A DNA stretch of 64,000 nucleotides from positions 17,634-81,633 of the IMG/VR virus record IMGVR_UViG_3300030511_000001. One strand, written 5' to 3'. The stretch is from a virus. Taxonomy: Duplodnaviria; Caudoviricetes. Shown in pieces: positions 17,289-26,376 of this stretch. The position numbers were made by a program, and so were the translations under genes. The notes below the pieces were generated by a model. The model was given only the letters and a program-made list of their open reading frames with translations, was not told the origin of the DNA and did no database searches. Each line of letters begins with the position of its first letter. Within the stretch, counting starts at the first letter, position 1.

Positions 17289-17581
17289 CACCGCGCCGGT
17301 GGGAGGCGCGCCTCGTCAACGGCGGCCGCACGATCGTCGGCACGCGCGGCCACTACCTCGGCCACCACGTGGGCCGCTTCCCGACGCTCGGCGCCTACGT
17401 CCTCGAGGCCGAGGCGGAGCCGTTCTGGCACTGGACGCTCGTGTGGCTGTACGCCGGCGCGTTCCAAGGCTCCATCTCCGTCGCCGCTTGGCCGACGCAC
17501 TCGGTGAACGCGCTGCAGCGCGTCGTGAGGCCGTGGGAGTTCGACGCCCGCCCTCTGCCGCCGGAGGCGCACGATGCGTGA
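17285..17581 (+). CDS. hypothetical protein
   Basis: GTGA overlap; SD GGAG. Confidence 0.55.
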   Translation: MTPRRWEARLVNGGRTIVGTRGHYLGHHVGRFPTLGAYVLEAEAEPFWHWTLVWLYAGAFQGSISVAAWPTHSVNALQRVVRPWEFDARPLPPEAHDA

Positions 17582-17936
17582 CGCCAGACAGCGCGCGCCG
17601 AAATGGGAGCAATGCCGCAAGTGCGGCCGCGGCGCCAGGCGCCTCGACGCGATCGCGCACGCGCCTCATTGCCCGACGATGACGGCCGTGCACGAGATGG
17701 CCGAGATGCCGCTGCCGACGTCCTCGGCGCAGACGCTCGAGGCGAAGGTGTGGGCGTGGCTCGAGTCCGGGCCCATGATGGACATCCACGCCGATCTCGA
17801 CGTGCTGCCGTGCATTCGTGCCGCCGGCTGCTCGCTCAGCGACGCGATCGACGCGCTGATGGCCGACCGCTTCGGCCCGATCGCGCGCATGTTCGACCGC
17901 GTGCTCGTCGTGGCCGGACGGCCGCTGCGCCGTTGA
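17574..17936 (+). CDS. hypothetical protein
   Basis: SD GGAGG; CRKC motif. Confidence 0.6.
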   Translation: MRDARQRAPKWEQCRKCGRGARRLDAIAHAPHCPTMTAVHEMAEMPLPTSSAQTLEAKVWAWLESGPMMDIHADLDVLPCIRAAGCSLSDAIDALMADRFGPIARMFDRVLVVAGRPLRR

Positions 17937-17960
17937 CACCCATTCGGCGTGACGTATACT
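17933..17960 (+). promoter_or_regulatory. sigma70 promoter of the tRNA-like RNA, overlapping a class II motif
   Basis: TTGACA-16-TATACT; ATTCGGCGTGACGTATACT at 17942-17960. Confidence 0.8.
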
Positions 17961-17966
17961 CGCTCC

Positions 17967-18120
17967 ACGTCGCGTAAGCCGGCATGACGGAGCGCGACTT
18001 GGGGGAGGTCGCGGGTTCGAATCCCGTCCCCGGCTCCGCCGGGGTAGTCGCGGCGGGAAAGTCTGACGGAAACTCTCGACTCTTTCCGTCACACCTGACG
18101 GAACGCGCGAAGTCCCGGGC
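17967..18120 (+). ncRNA. circularly permuted tRNA-like RNA (YrlA/Y-RNA-like)
   Basis: T-arm GCGGG-TTCGAAT-CCCGT, then CCCCGGC-TCC-GCCGGGG closed acceptor stem, then TA-GTCG D-like stem; dedicated promoter. Confidence 0.65.
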
Positions 18121-18140
18121 CCCTTTGCTACGCTCGCCGC

Positions 18141-19022
18141 ATGTCGTCAGCGGCCAAGGCGTTCCAGCGCCGGATCCTCGAGCACGTCGAGGAAGTCGAG
18201 TACGTGAAGGAGCACGCCAGGCGCGTCGCCGAGACGGTCATCGCCCGCGTCGACGTCCGCGAGCTCGCGCAGAACAGCGCCGGCGTCGTCGAGCGGATCA
18301 TCGCCACCCTGCTCGCGGAACTCGGCCCCGCATCTCGCCGCCTCGCCACGCTGTCGGCCACCTACGCCGTCTTCCTCGGCTTGCCGAAGCTGACCGCGGC
18401 GCAGGTCCGGCAGCTCGCCGAGGAGGCGTCGACGAAGTTCTTCGCGTTCGCTTCGCCGGCGATGACCGACGCAGGGCTGCAGGTGAGCTCGCGCATCAAC
18501 GACATGGTGGCCGCCGGCGTCGATCCTGCCGGCGTGAACGCCGCCCTGAGCTCGAGGGAAGGCCCGCGCGCGCTGATGGTCCCCCTCGCCGCGGTGACGA
18601 AGCGCGTCTCGGCGAGCTGGATGCAGTTCGTCGATCGAGACATCAACGACGCCGCGGTGTCGCTGGCCGTCGATCCCCCAAAGACGCGCGCCCGCGACCG
18701 CGTATTCGGGGAGAAAATCTTCTCCTTCGTCGTCGACGCCCGCCCGTTCACGTGGATCGCCGTCATGGACGGCCACACGTGCGACGGCGAGTTCCCCTTC
18801 GCTTGCGCGCCACGCCACGGCCAGCGCCGGACGCTGATCGAGTGGCGGTACCACGGTCTGCCGGGCTCGCCGGTGCTCGTCTGCTCGATGCACGCTCCTC
18901 GAGGCGCTTCCCCCTGCCGGTGCGTCCTGGCGAGCCCGAAAGACCTCGAGGCGATCGAGGCGCTGGAAGCGATCGACGCGGCCGACGCGATCAAGCGCGG
19001 CAAGGCCCGCGCGCGACGCTGA
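18141..19022 (+). CDS. minor head protein, Mu F / SPP1 gp7-like
   Basis: FTWIAVMDGHTC..C..RHG...W...LPGS..C...CRC.L; likely leaderless (TGCTACGCT-6-ATG). Confidence 0.75.
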   Translation: MSSAAKAFQRRILEHVEEVEYVKEHARRVAETVIARVDVRELAQNSAGVVERIIATLLAELGPASRRLATLSATYAVFLGLPKLTAAQVRQLAEEASTKFFAFASPAMTDAGLQVSSRINDMVAAGVDPAGVNAALSSREGPRALMVPLAAVTKRVSASWMQFVDRDINDAAVSLAVDPPKTRARDRVFGEKIFSFVVDARPFTWIAVMDGHTCDGEFPFACAPRHGQRRTLIEWRYHGLPGSPVLVCSMHAPRGASPCRCVLASPKDLEAIEALEAIDAADAIKRGKARARR

Positions 19023-19094
19023 CCGACCCTCGGTTTCCCTAGGAAAACCAAGGTCCGGCTCGGCCTTTCCGCAGACGGGCCGCCCGCTCAGTCC

Positions 19095-19113
19095 GTTCTA
19101 TGTAATGTCGAAT
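19095..19113 (-). promoter_or_regulatory. class II motif
   Basis: Reverse complement is ATTCGACATTACATAGAAC; upstream of the scaffold/capsid operon. Confidence 0.55.
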
Positions 19114-19253
19114 GAGCGGCTTACGGCCTCGGTGTCGCGGAATCGTGGCACTTGACTTTTCGAATGCCAACCTGCGCACCATGGGCGAAATCGCGGCCGA
19201 GCCTGGGGTTCGGCCATCGTCCAAAAGCGGTTCCAAAACTCGGAGGCAATTGC

Positions 19254-20186
19254 ATGCAGCGTTTCCACGTGCGCTCGGGCTGGGCCCATTTCCGCGCAAC
19301 CATGGCTGAGCCGTTTTCCGGTCGTCGTTCCAGCACTCAGTTCTTCGAACCCCTGTGCATCGACGATCCGAACGCCGGCGGCGGTGGGGGCGGTGGTGGG
19401 GGCGGCAACGACGGCGGCGGGAACAATGGCGGCGACGGTGGGGCCGGCGGCGCTGGTGGCGGCAATGCAGACGACGAGGCGGCAAAGAAGGCCGCCGAGG
19501 ACCGGAAGCTCGCTGCGGAAGCGGCCGGGTGGCGCACGAAGTATCGGGATGAGCAGAAGAAATTCGGCGATTTCCAGACTTCCGCCACGGCGCAAATTGA
19601 TGCGCTGAAGGCCGAACTCGAGGAGATGAAGTCGCGCGGCAATGGCAACGGCAACGGGAACCCCCAGCCTGGCGCCAACGGCCAACCCGCGATCGAAACC
19701 CACCCCGAGTTCGTGAAGATGCAGCGCCAGCTCACCGAAGTGACGAAGTCGCTGACGGCCGAGCGCGAAACCCTCGCGAAAGAGCGTGCGACGCTCAAAA
19801 ACGAGAAGATTCAGCGCGCGGTCGGCGAGGTGGCCGGCGAGGGCAAGTTCCTCCTGCCGACCATCTTCCGCAAGGTGCTGGCCGAGAAGGTCGACATCGC
19901 CGCGGACGGCGCCCTCGTCATGAGGGTTCCCAACGAAGTCGGCGGCACCGATGAAGTGCCGTTCACCCTCGACAACGTCCTCAAGTACCGCCCGATCGAC
20001 GAGTTCGACAGCTTCCTGCCGTCGAACGGTTCCAACGGTTCCGGCAACAACGGCGGCGGCAGCGGCAAGGGCCGTCAGAACGACGGTATCGACTGGGCGA
20101 AGGTCGAAGGCCCCGGAATGGACCTCGACTACATCCAGAAGAACGCGCAGAAGATCGCCGCCGCAAGGCTCGCACGACAGCAGTAA
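19254..20186 (+). CDS. capsid scaffolding protein
   Basis: SD GGAGG; Gly/Asn-rich linker and coiled coil; directly upstream of the coat gene. Confidence 0.75.
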   Translation: MQRFHVRSGWAHFRATMAEPFSGRRSSTQFFEPLCIDDPNAGGGGGGGGGGNDGGGNNGGDGGAGGAGGGNADDEAAKKAAEDRKLAAEAAGWRTKYRDEQKKFGDFQTSATAQIDALKAELEEMKSRGNGNGNGNPQPGANGQPAIETHPEFVKMQRQLTEVTKSLTAERETLAKERATLKNEKIQRAVGEVAGEGKFLLPTIFRKVLAEKVDIAADGALVMRVPNEVGGTDEVPFTLDNVLKYRPIDEFDSFLPSNGSNGSGNNGGGSGKGRQNDGIDWAKVEGPGMDLDYIQKNAQKIAAARLARQQ

Positions 20187-20273
20187 CCAAGATCATTGCC
20201 GCAAGGGCTCAGCAGGGCTGAGGCAATGGGGCGCTGATCTCCAACTAGCACAAACAGTTAGGAGACAACGCAG

Positions 20274-21500
20274 ATGGCTAACCAGTTCGACAAAATCGCG
20301 AGCGATATCACCTTCTTCGGTACGCTCGTCCTCGCGCAGCTCCGTCAGCAGCTCGCGCTCGTCAATCGCGTCAACACCGACTACAAGGGCGCTTCCTCGG
20401 CGGCCGGTCGGAAGATCAGCATCCCCGTGGTCGAGATGTCCGGCAGCGCGCAGACGCGCGGCATCGGCGGCGGCGTCACCCGCAACAGCGGTAAGGCGAC
20501 GGCCGTCGAGGTGGTGATGCAGCAGATCACCTACTCGTGGGAGCTCGACAACCTCGAGGAGACGTTCTCCAACGTCAACACCGTCCTCGAGATGGCGCAG
20601 CGCGCCGCGATCAAGATGGCGGACGGCGTCGACGCGCTGCTCACCGGCCTCTGGCCGCTGATCCCGTATCGCGTCGGCCCGCTCGACGGCTCGGGTCTCT
20701 TCAACCCGACCGACAAGGTGAAGGCGTTCGCTCAGGCCCGCAAGGCCCTGAAGGACAACCTCGCCCCGACCGACCGTCTGTTCATGATCCTCGGCACCAC
20801 CGAGGAGCTGAACCTCACCACGCTCGACATCTACACCCAGGCGCAGCAGTCGGGCGATCCGACGCAGCTTCGCACGGGTGCACTCAAGCCGATCATGGGC
20901 GTGCAGCCGTACGCCTCGCAGGCCGTGCCGACGAACATCACGTTCACGCCGGCCGACAACACCGGCTGGAACACCCCGACCACCTCGGGCGTGAACGCCA
21001 TCGGCGCGACGACGCTGAACGTGGCCGGTCTCGCCAATGGCGCGACCATCACCAAGGGCAGCATCTTCACCATCGCCGGCGGCGGCACCATGCCGAACGG
21101 TCAGCCGCAGCCGTATTCGGTCACGGCCGACGTCGTCGCCAGCGGCGGCGGCGCCGCGGCGCTTCCGATCTCGCCCGCGCTGAAGGCGGCGCCGGCGAAC
21201 GGTGCGACGATCACGCCGGTGGCCTACACCGGCACCCACTCCATCAACCTCATCGCGGACCCGAGCGCGTATCTGTTCGTCGTTCGTCCGCAGGCCGCGG
21301 TTCCTCCGGGCGCCGGCGTCCTGCAGATGGACTTCACCGACCCCGTGTCGCAGCTCACCTTCCGTCTGTCGATCGAGGCGAACATCGCCCGCGACAACGC
21401 TGCGGGCCGCGCGTACACCACCGTGTGGACGCTCGACCTGCTCGCCGGCGCGAACATCGTTCGTCCGGAGCTGGCGGTGCGCGCCGAGGGCGAGGCGTAG
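20274..21500 (+). CDS. major capsid protein, P22 coat-like
   Basis: 408 aa; MANQF start; insertion domain IFTIAG...YSVTADV..ALPISPAL; position after scaffold. Confidence 0.8.
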   Translation: MANQFDKIASDITFFGTLVLAQLRQQLALVNRVNTDYKGASSAAGRKISIPVVEMSGSAQTRGIGGGVTRNSGKATAVEVVMQQITYSWELDNLEETFSNVNTVLEMAQRAAIKMADGVDALLTGLWPLIPYRVGPLDGSGLFNPTDKVKAFAQARKALKDNLAPTDRLFMILGTTEELNLTTLDIYTQAQQSGDPTQLRTGALKPIMGVQPYASQAVPTNITFTPADNTGWNTPTTSGVNAIGATTLNVAGLANGATITKGSIFTIAGGGTMPNGQPQPYSVTADVVASGGGAAALPISPALKAAPANGATITPVAYTGTHSINLIADPSAYLFVVRPQAAVPPGAGVLQMDFTDPVSQLTFRLSIEANIARDNAAGRAYTTVWTLDLLAGANIVRPELAVRAEGEA

Positions 21501-21535
21501 TCGGTTGTTCTCTCGTTCACATAGTCGCTTTGGGC

Positions 21536-21569
21536 ACGGCGGGGCTAACACCCCCGCCGTCGCTTTTTC
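21536..21569 (+). terminator. intrinsic terminator after the capsid gene
   Basis: ACGGCGGGG/CCCCGCCGT stem followed by CGCTTTTT. Confidence 0.7.
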
Positions 21570-21581
21570 CGGAGGCGGCCG

Positions 21582-21902
21582 ATGAAGCGGCCGATGACCG
21601 ACACGTGGCCGGAGCGCATCTACGTCGCCGCGCGCGGCGAGTGCGTCTTCACGTCCGTGCACGATGCCGACTCCGGCGTCTCACTCCCGAACACCCAACG
21701 CGTCGACCTGTCGATCGGCTGCGAGGGGTTCATCACGGCCACCGTCACGGCGCTCCGCGTCGACGCCGAGGGCCAGATCGAAATCGACGTCGACGAGCAA
21801 CGCGCGGCGACATTCACCCGCACCTTCATCGTGCAGCCATTCGAGCAGTTCGGCTTCACGTGCGAGCCCGCGGAAACCCCGGAGGCCACCGATGAGCAGT
21901 GA
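21582..21902 (+). CDS. hypothetical protein
   Basis: SD GGAGG. Confidence 0.55.
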   Translation: MKRPMTDTWPERIYVAARGECVFTSVHDADSGVSLPNTQRVDLSIGCEGFITATVTALRVDAEGQIEIDVDEQRAATFTRTFIVQPFEQFGFTCEPAETPEATDEQ

Positions 21903-22599
21903 TCCGCAGACCACCCACGCCGGCGCTACGCCTGGCACGAAGCCCGAGCTCTCGCTCTCGTCGCGAGCGTTGGATCTCATCCTCGAGTACGAGGGTTTCG
22001 ACCGCGGCGGGTGGCCTGGTGGCGCCTCGGGCATCACGATCGGCTACGGCTACGACCTCGGCTACCACACGCTCGGTGAGTTCGCGAAGGACTGGCGCAC
22101 GCACCTGAGCATCAACGACTACCAGAAGCTCCGCGCGTGCGTCGGCATCAAAGGCACGCGCGCGCAGGCCCGTTCGCGCATCCTCAGCGGCATCAAGATC
22201 AGCCGCGAGGCCGCACGAGCGGTGTTCGCGAGCGCGTCGATTCCGAAGGCGATCACGGCGACACTCGCCGCGTTCCCTGGCGTCGAGAAGCTGCCGGCCG
22301 ACGCCGCCGGCGCGCTCATCTCGCTCGTGTTCAACCGCGGCGGGCGTCTTTCGGACAACGATCCTCGGTTGCAGGAACGCCGCGAAATGCGCGCGATCCG
22401 CGCGGCCGTGGCGGCGGGCGACCTGATGGAGATCGCGATGCAGCTCCGCTCCATGGTTCGTCTGTGGGAGGGGAAGGGCCTGGGTGGCCTCATTCGCCGG
22501 CGCGAGGCCGAGGCCGCCCTCGTCGAATCCTGCATCGAGGGCGCGCCCGGCGCCCCTTCCACCACACCCGCCAAGGCCACGGGCGCCGCGGCGAAATAA
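21892..22599 (+). CDS. endolysin, T4-lysozyme/pesticin-C-like muramidase
   Basis: ILEYEG...WPGGASGITIGYGYDLG, SLVFNRG, GLIRRREAEA. Confidence 0.85.
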   Translation: MSSDPQTTHAGATPGTKPELSLSSRALDLILEYEGFDRGGWPGGASGITIGYGYDLGYHTLGEFAKDWRTHLSINDYQKLRACVGIKGTRAQARSRILSGIKISREAARAVFASASIPKAITATLAAFPGVEKLPADAAGALISLVFNRGGRLSDNDPRLQERREMRAIRAAVAAGDLMEIAMQLRSMVRLWEGKGLGGLIRRREAEAALVESCIEGAPGAPSTTPAKATGAAAK

Positions 22600-22609
22600 C
22601 GGAGGTTCC

Positions 22610-23044
22610 ATGCGTCACCTGACCCGCACCGTTCTCCTTCTTCTCACGCTTCTCACCCTGGCCGGCTGTTTCGCCTCGAGCGGATCGACGCCGGCGCCGG
22701 TGGTGACGCCGCCCGACACCGCGACGTCGCCGGCGGACGAGATGAGCAAGCTGCCGGACCTGCTCAAAATCACCACGCCCGAGCAAGCCGAGGACGTCTT
22801 CTTCTCCATCGTCAAGATCGTGAAGAAGACGAGCGACGCCGTCGAGGCCGAGCCGATCAAGACGCCGGCCGACGAGAAGGCGCACAAGGCCGTGAAGGAT
22901 GCCGTCCGCACCTTCAAAGCCGCGGCCCGTACCGTCTATCCCGCGATCGAGCTGTGGCGAAGCGTCGGCGATCGCGCCACTTGGGACCGCGAGGCGCCGA
23001 AGTTCCTCGCCGCCGCGGTCAAAGTCGCAACGGAGGTGAAGTAG
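22610..23044 (+). CDS. lipoprotein (possible spanin component)
   Basis: Lipobox LAGC after a hydrophobic signal; directly after the endolysin. Confidence 0.7.
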   Translation: MRHLTRTVLLLLTLLTLAGCFASSGSTPAPVVTPPDTATSPADEMSKLPDLLKITTPEQAEDVFFSIVKIVKKTSDAVEAEPIKTPADEKAHKAVKDAVRTFKAAARTVYPAIELWRSVGDRATWDREAPKFLAAAVKVATEVK

Positions 23045-23046
23045 CC

Positions 23047-23262
23047 ATGCCGAAGCTGAGCATTTCCGATCCGACCGTCCGCGCAGTGCTCGTGAAGGCG
23101 CTGAAGATCGGCGTCAAGACGTTCGTCCCCGGCGGGGGCGCCATCGTCGCCGGCGCTGAGGCGTTGTGGGAGGCGTACCGCGACGCGCTGATGAACGAGT
23201 TCAGCGTGCCCGTCGAGGAGCGCGCCGCGCTGCTCGAGTGGATCGCCACCGACGACGAGTAG
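23047..23262 (+). CDS. small hypothetical protein in the lysis cluster
   Basis: SD GGAGG; 71 aa. Confidence 0.6.
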   Translation: MPKLSISDPTVRAVLVKALKIGVKTFVPGGGAIVAGAEALWEAYRDALMNEFSVPVEERAALLEWIATDDE

Positions 23263-23349
23263 ACCGCCATCACCGTCCACCACTGACCGGGGCGGCCTCG
23301 CCTGATGCGCTGGCCGCCGCCGGATCCCGACTTCTACAGGAGGTTTTTC

Positions 23350-24054
23350 ATGAGCGAAACAGCCACGATCCTACCGGGCGAGCAGCGCCCGATGGTGTGG
23401 ATGTACATGCCGCCGGACGGGACGCCGATGCCGTGTCTGGCCGACAAAGTCGCCTACGCGCGCGGCCTCGGATACGAGGAATGCAACCCGCCCGACGCGG
23501 AGCGTAAGCCCGTCAGCGACGTCATCCCCGAGGAGACCGCCGCCGACCACGAGGAGCGCGTCGCGCGCGAGCTCGAGGAGCGGCAGGCCGCCGTGGCCGA
23601 GCAGCTTGCGGCGATCGGCGTGGTGCGGCCGCCGAACATCGGCTGCGCCGACTGCGGCGGTTCTGGACTTTGCCCGAAAGGCGCCGTTGCGCCGTGCTGG
23701 ACGTGTTATCCCGAGGCCCGCGAGGCCGCTGAAGCCGCGGCGAAGGGCCCCAACCTCGAGGACGACTCGCCCACGCTCGGCGGCAGCGACAACGGCGACG
23801 TGATCGACGGCCTGCCGGCCGACACGACCACGATCACCGTCACCGGGACCGGATTCGAGCCCACGAACACCGTGAAGCTCGACACGACGACTCCGCGGAG
23901 CTGCAATATGGCCGGCTGCAAGGGCCTCTGCGGAATCTGCCCGCCACCGAAGAAGGTCACGGTGCGCGCGGGGCGTGAGCTGAACAAGAATCGCCGCGCC
24001 CTCGGCCTCGACCCTCTCAAGATCGTCGACGGCGTCGTGAAAGGCGGTGCGTGA
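23350..24054 (+). CDS. hypothetical protein with two Cys clusters
   Basis: SD GGAGG; CADC..C..CWTC and C...C...C motifs. Confidence 0.6.
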   Translation: MSETATILPGEQRPMVWMYMPPDGTPMPCLADKVAYARGLGYEECNPPDAERKPVSDVIPEETAADHEERVARELEERQAAVAEQLAAIGVVRPPNIGCADCGGSGLCPKGAVAPCWTCYPEAREAAEAAAKGPNLEDDSPTLGGSDNGDVIDGLPADTTTITVTGTGFEPTNTVKLDTTTPRSCNMAGCKGLCGICPPPKKVTVRAGRELNKNRRALGLDPLKIVDGVVKGGA

Positions 24055-24536
24055 TGCAGGAGCCGACCATCACCACGCCCGTCATCATGGGCGTCGACCC
24101 GGCGGGACCGGAGGGCGATCGCACCGTCGTCCGCGCCTTTCCGCGTGCTGCTGTAGAGCAGCTATCCGGCATCTCGGGAGATGCTGAAGAGCAGCCGATT
24201 GACAGCCAAACGGCTGCCGATCGGATCAACAGCAGCCTCCCGCCCGTCCAGGCGAAGCGGCCGAATGTCGCGCTCATGAAGAAGTGGAGCGCCGACCCGG
24301 TCAAGTTCGCGCACGACATCGGCGTGAAGCTCGACCGCGAGGAAGCGAAGGTTCTCCGGCGCGCGATGCGCGGCGACATGCCCACCGGACGCCGGAAGAA
24401 GGACATCCTCGAGGCGGTGCGCGTGAAGATCGAAAACGCGCTGCAGCGCATCCACGAAGCCGACACCGCCGGAACGCTCGTGCGTCCCCAGGCCGTGCCG
24501 TCGCTCGAGCCGGAGGTGTCCGATGGCGGCGAGTGA
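24051..24536 (+). CDS. hypothetical protein
   Basis: Coupled overlap; W.ADPVKFAHDIG motif. Confidence 0.6.
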   Translation: MMQEPTITTPVIMGVDPAGPEGDRTVVRAFPRAAVEQLSGISGDAEEQPIDSQTAADRINSSLPPVQAKRPNVALMKKWSADPVKFAHDIGVKLDREEAKVLRRAMRGDMPTGRRKKDILEAVRVKIENALQRIHEADTAGTLVRPQAVPSLEPEVSDGGE

Positions 24537-25062
24537 GCTGACGATCGACGTCTCCGGGCAGCTTCGCGAGTGGTACGACAACCCGATCGCCTTCACCGAG
24601 GCGCTGATCCTCGGCCGACCGATGAACCGCCACGAGATGCGCGTGGTCAACGCGTTGTTTTCCGCCGGGCATGAGACACCCGACCCCGCGCGCGACATCA
24701 TGGAGTATCTGAAGCCCCAGGCGTTGCGGATCGTCGCGGCGCTCGGCCTGAACACCGACTCCGGCCGCCGGCGACGCCGGAAGGCCGGCCATCTCGAGAC
24801 GTTGCGCGCGTTTCGCCAGCAGCCCGACATCTACCCGGCGCTCCGCTATGAGCACCGGTGGATTCGCTCGCGCTGCGGCTTCTGCCGCGCGCTGTACGCC
24901 TCGGAAACGTTCATCAGCTTCGTGCAGCTCATGACCGGACGCCGGATGTACGTGCTCGAGCGCGAGGACGTGCTCGACTGCGGCCACCCGTCCGCCTTGC
25001 TGTACCCCGTGGAGTGGGAGCGCGATGGCCGGCCGGTCCCCTGCGCCAGCAAGGGCGCGTGA
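24523..25062 (+). CDS. hypothetical protein
   Basis: SD GGAGG; WYDNPIAF motif; CGFC motif. Confidence 0.6.
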   Translation: MAASELTIDVSGQLREWYDNPIAFTEALILGRPMNRHEMRVVNALFSAGHETPDPARDIMEYLKPQALRIVAALGLNTDSGRRRRRKAGHLETLRAFRQQPDIYPALRYEHRWIRSRCGFCRALYASETFISFVQLMTGRRMYVLEREDVLDCGHPSALLYPVEWERDGRPVPCASKGA

Positions 25063-25372
25063 GATCGAACCGGAGCGCCGGCGCGAGCTCGTCGAGCACG
25101 TCCGGCGCCGCGCTTTCGAGCGCATCGGCTCCGATTTCGAGATTACCGACTCGCGGTACGACGAACTGCGCCGGCGGTGCCGTGAGCGCCGCGGGCGCCA
25201 TGTCGGCGGTCGTGGCACGGGGGAGATTTGGCGCCTCGTCGTGTGGGGTGGCGTCGTCCTCTACGCCATCTTCGTCCGGGCCGATGACGAGCTCGTGACC
25301 CTTGTAAGCGAGGAGATGTTTCGGGAAAACTGGGTTGCGACGTATCCGTCCAACGGCCGCAGCAGGAAGTGA
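25025..25372 (+). CDS. hypothetical protein
   Basis: 115-aa ORF filling the gap; start uncertain. Confidence 0.45.
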   Translation: MAGRSPAPARAREIEPERRRELVEHVRRRAFERIGSDFEITDSRYDELRRRCRERRGRHVGGRGTGEIWRLVVWGGVVLYAIFVRADDELVTLVSEEMFRENWVATYPSNGRSRK

Positions 25373-25381
25373 GGAACGACC

Positions 25382-25864
25382 ATGGCGCTCACCAGCGAGC
25401 AGATCGACGTCATTCGACGGCAGTACATCCGCGACCTTTGGAAGCCGGCGGTGCCCAACGTCTCGCCGGCGGAAGGGCTGTCGCACTTCAACCTCGCGAA
25501 CAAGCGGGCGTTCATCAGCGACGAAGGGCTGCATGCGAAGGCGGACCAAGTCAGCCGCGCGTTTCGCGATGAGCTCTCCGGCGTGTACGAGGACGAGTAC
25601 TCCCGCCTGACGCGCGGCGGCGTTTCCGAGTCGGTGGCCGAGACCGACGCGACCGCGCTGCAAAACGACGCCTTCTATCGGCTCATCCGAGCTGCCGTGT
25701 ACGAGGACATGATGCTCGATGCCGGCTACGTCGGCTCCATCGCCGACAACGACCAGCGCACCGCCCTGTTCAAGACGTGGGAGAAACAGATCATCCGCGA
25801 TCGCCAGTTCACGCGCCAGCGCACGACGCCGGCGCTGCGATCGCTGCCGCTCGAGCGGTTCTGA
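25382..25864 (+). CDS. putative head-tail connector/adaptor
   Basis: Helical 160-aa protein just upstream of the virion morphogenesis gene; SD GAGGA. Confidence 0.55.
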   Translation: MALTSEQIDVIRRQYIRDLWKPAVPNVSPAEGLSHFNLANKRAFISDEGLHAKADQVSRAFRDELSGVYEDEYSRLTRGGVSESVAETDATALQNDAFYRLIRAAVYEDMMLDAGYVGSIADNDQRTALFKTWEKQIIRDRQFTRQRTTPALRSLPLERF

Positions 25865-25872
25865 GGTGCGCC

Positions 25873-26376
25873 ATGCCGTTCGGAGTCACGACCACATTCA
25901 CGGGCAACGCCGGCGGGAAGCTGCGCGATCTTGCGCGCCGTATCGTCGAGACGCGGCCGCTCGTCGACGCGGCCACGCTCCGCGCGAGCGAGTCCATGAA
26001 GCGGAACATCCAGCAGTCGCGGAGCCCGGAGGGCGAGCCGTACGCGCCGCTCTCCGAATTCACGCTGCAGAACCGAACCGGCGACAGCATGATCCCCCTG
26101 AAGGACACGCTGATGCTGTTCCACAGCATTCATCCGGAAACGCGCAGCGATGTCACTGGGTGGGCTGGGCCCCTCGGCCTCGACGCGTACTACTACGCCT
26201 ACCAGAATCAGGGTACGAGCAAACGCGGCAACTTCCGCAAGGGCGAGACGGTGACGCCTGGCATCAAAGCCCGGCCGTTCATCGGCATCCGCGATGAGGA
26301 TTTGCCGGGCTACCAGGAAGACGCCGCGCGCTTCGTGCGCGCCGTGCTGCTCGTGACCGCCGGGAGATTCAACTGA
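25873..26376 (+). CDS. virion morphogenesis protein (Mu gpG / tail completion S-like)
   Basis: SPEGEPYAPLS..T...PLKDT..L..SI...YA.YQNQG...IKARPFIGI. Confidence 0.8.
   Translation: MPFGVTTTFTGNAGGKLRDLARRIVETRPLVDAATLRASESMKRNIQQSRSPEGEPYAPLSEFTLQNRTGDSMIPLKDTLMLFHSIHPETRSDVTGWAGPLGLDAYYYAYQNQGTSKRGNFRKGETVTPGIKARPFIGIRDEDLPGYQEDAARFVRAVLLVTAGRFN

Noticed and set aside
18120-18135. CCCCT-TTGCTAC as a GCT anticodon arm completing the permuted tRNA
   Set aside because: Better explained as the extended -10 (TGCTACGCT) of the leaderless MuF-like gene.
19375-19470. GGC/GGT repeat run as a DNA repeat element
   Set aside because: Encodes the Gly/Asn linker typical of scaffold proteins.
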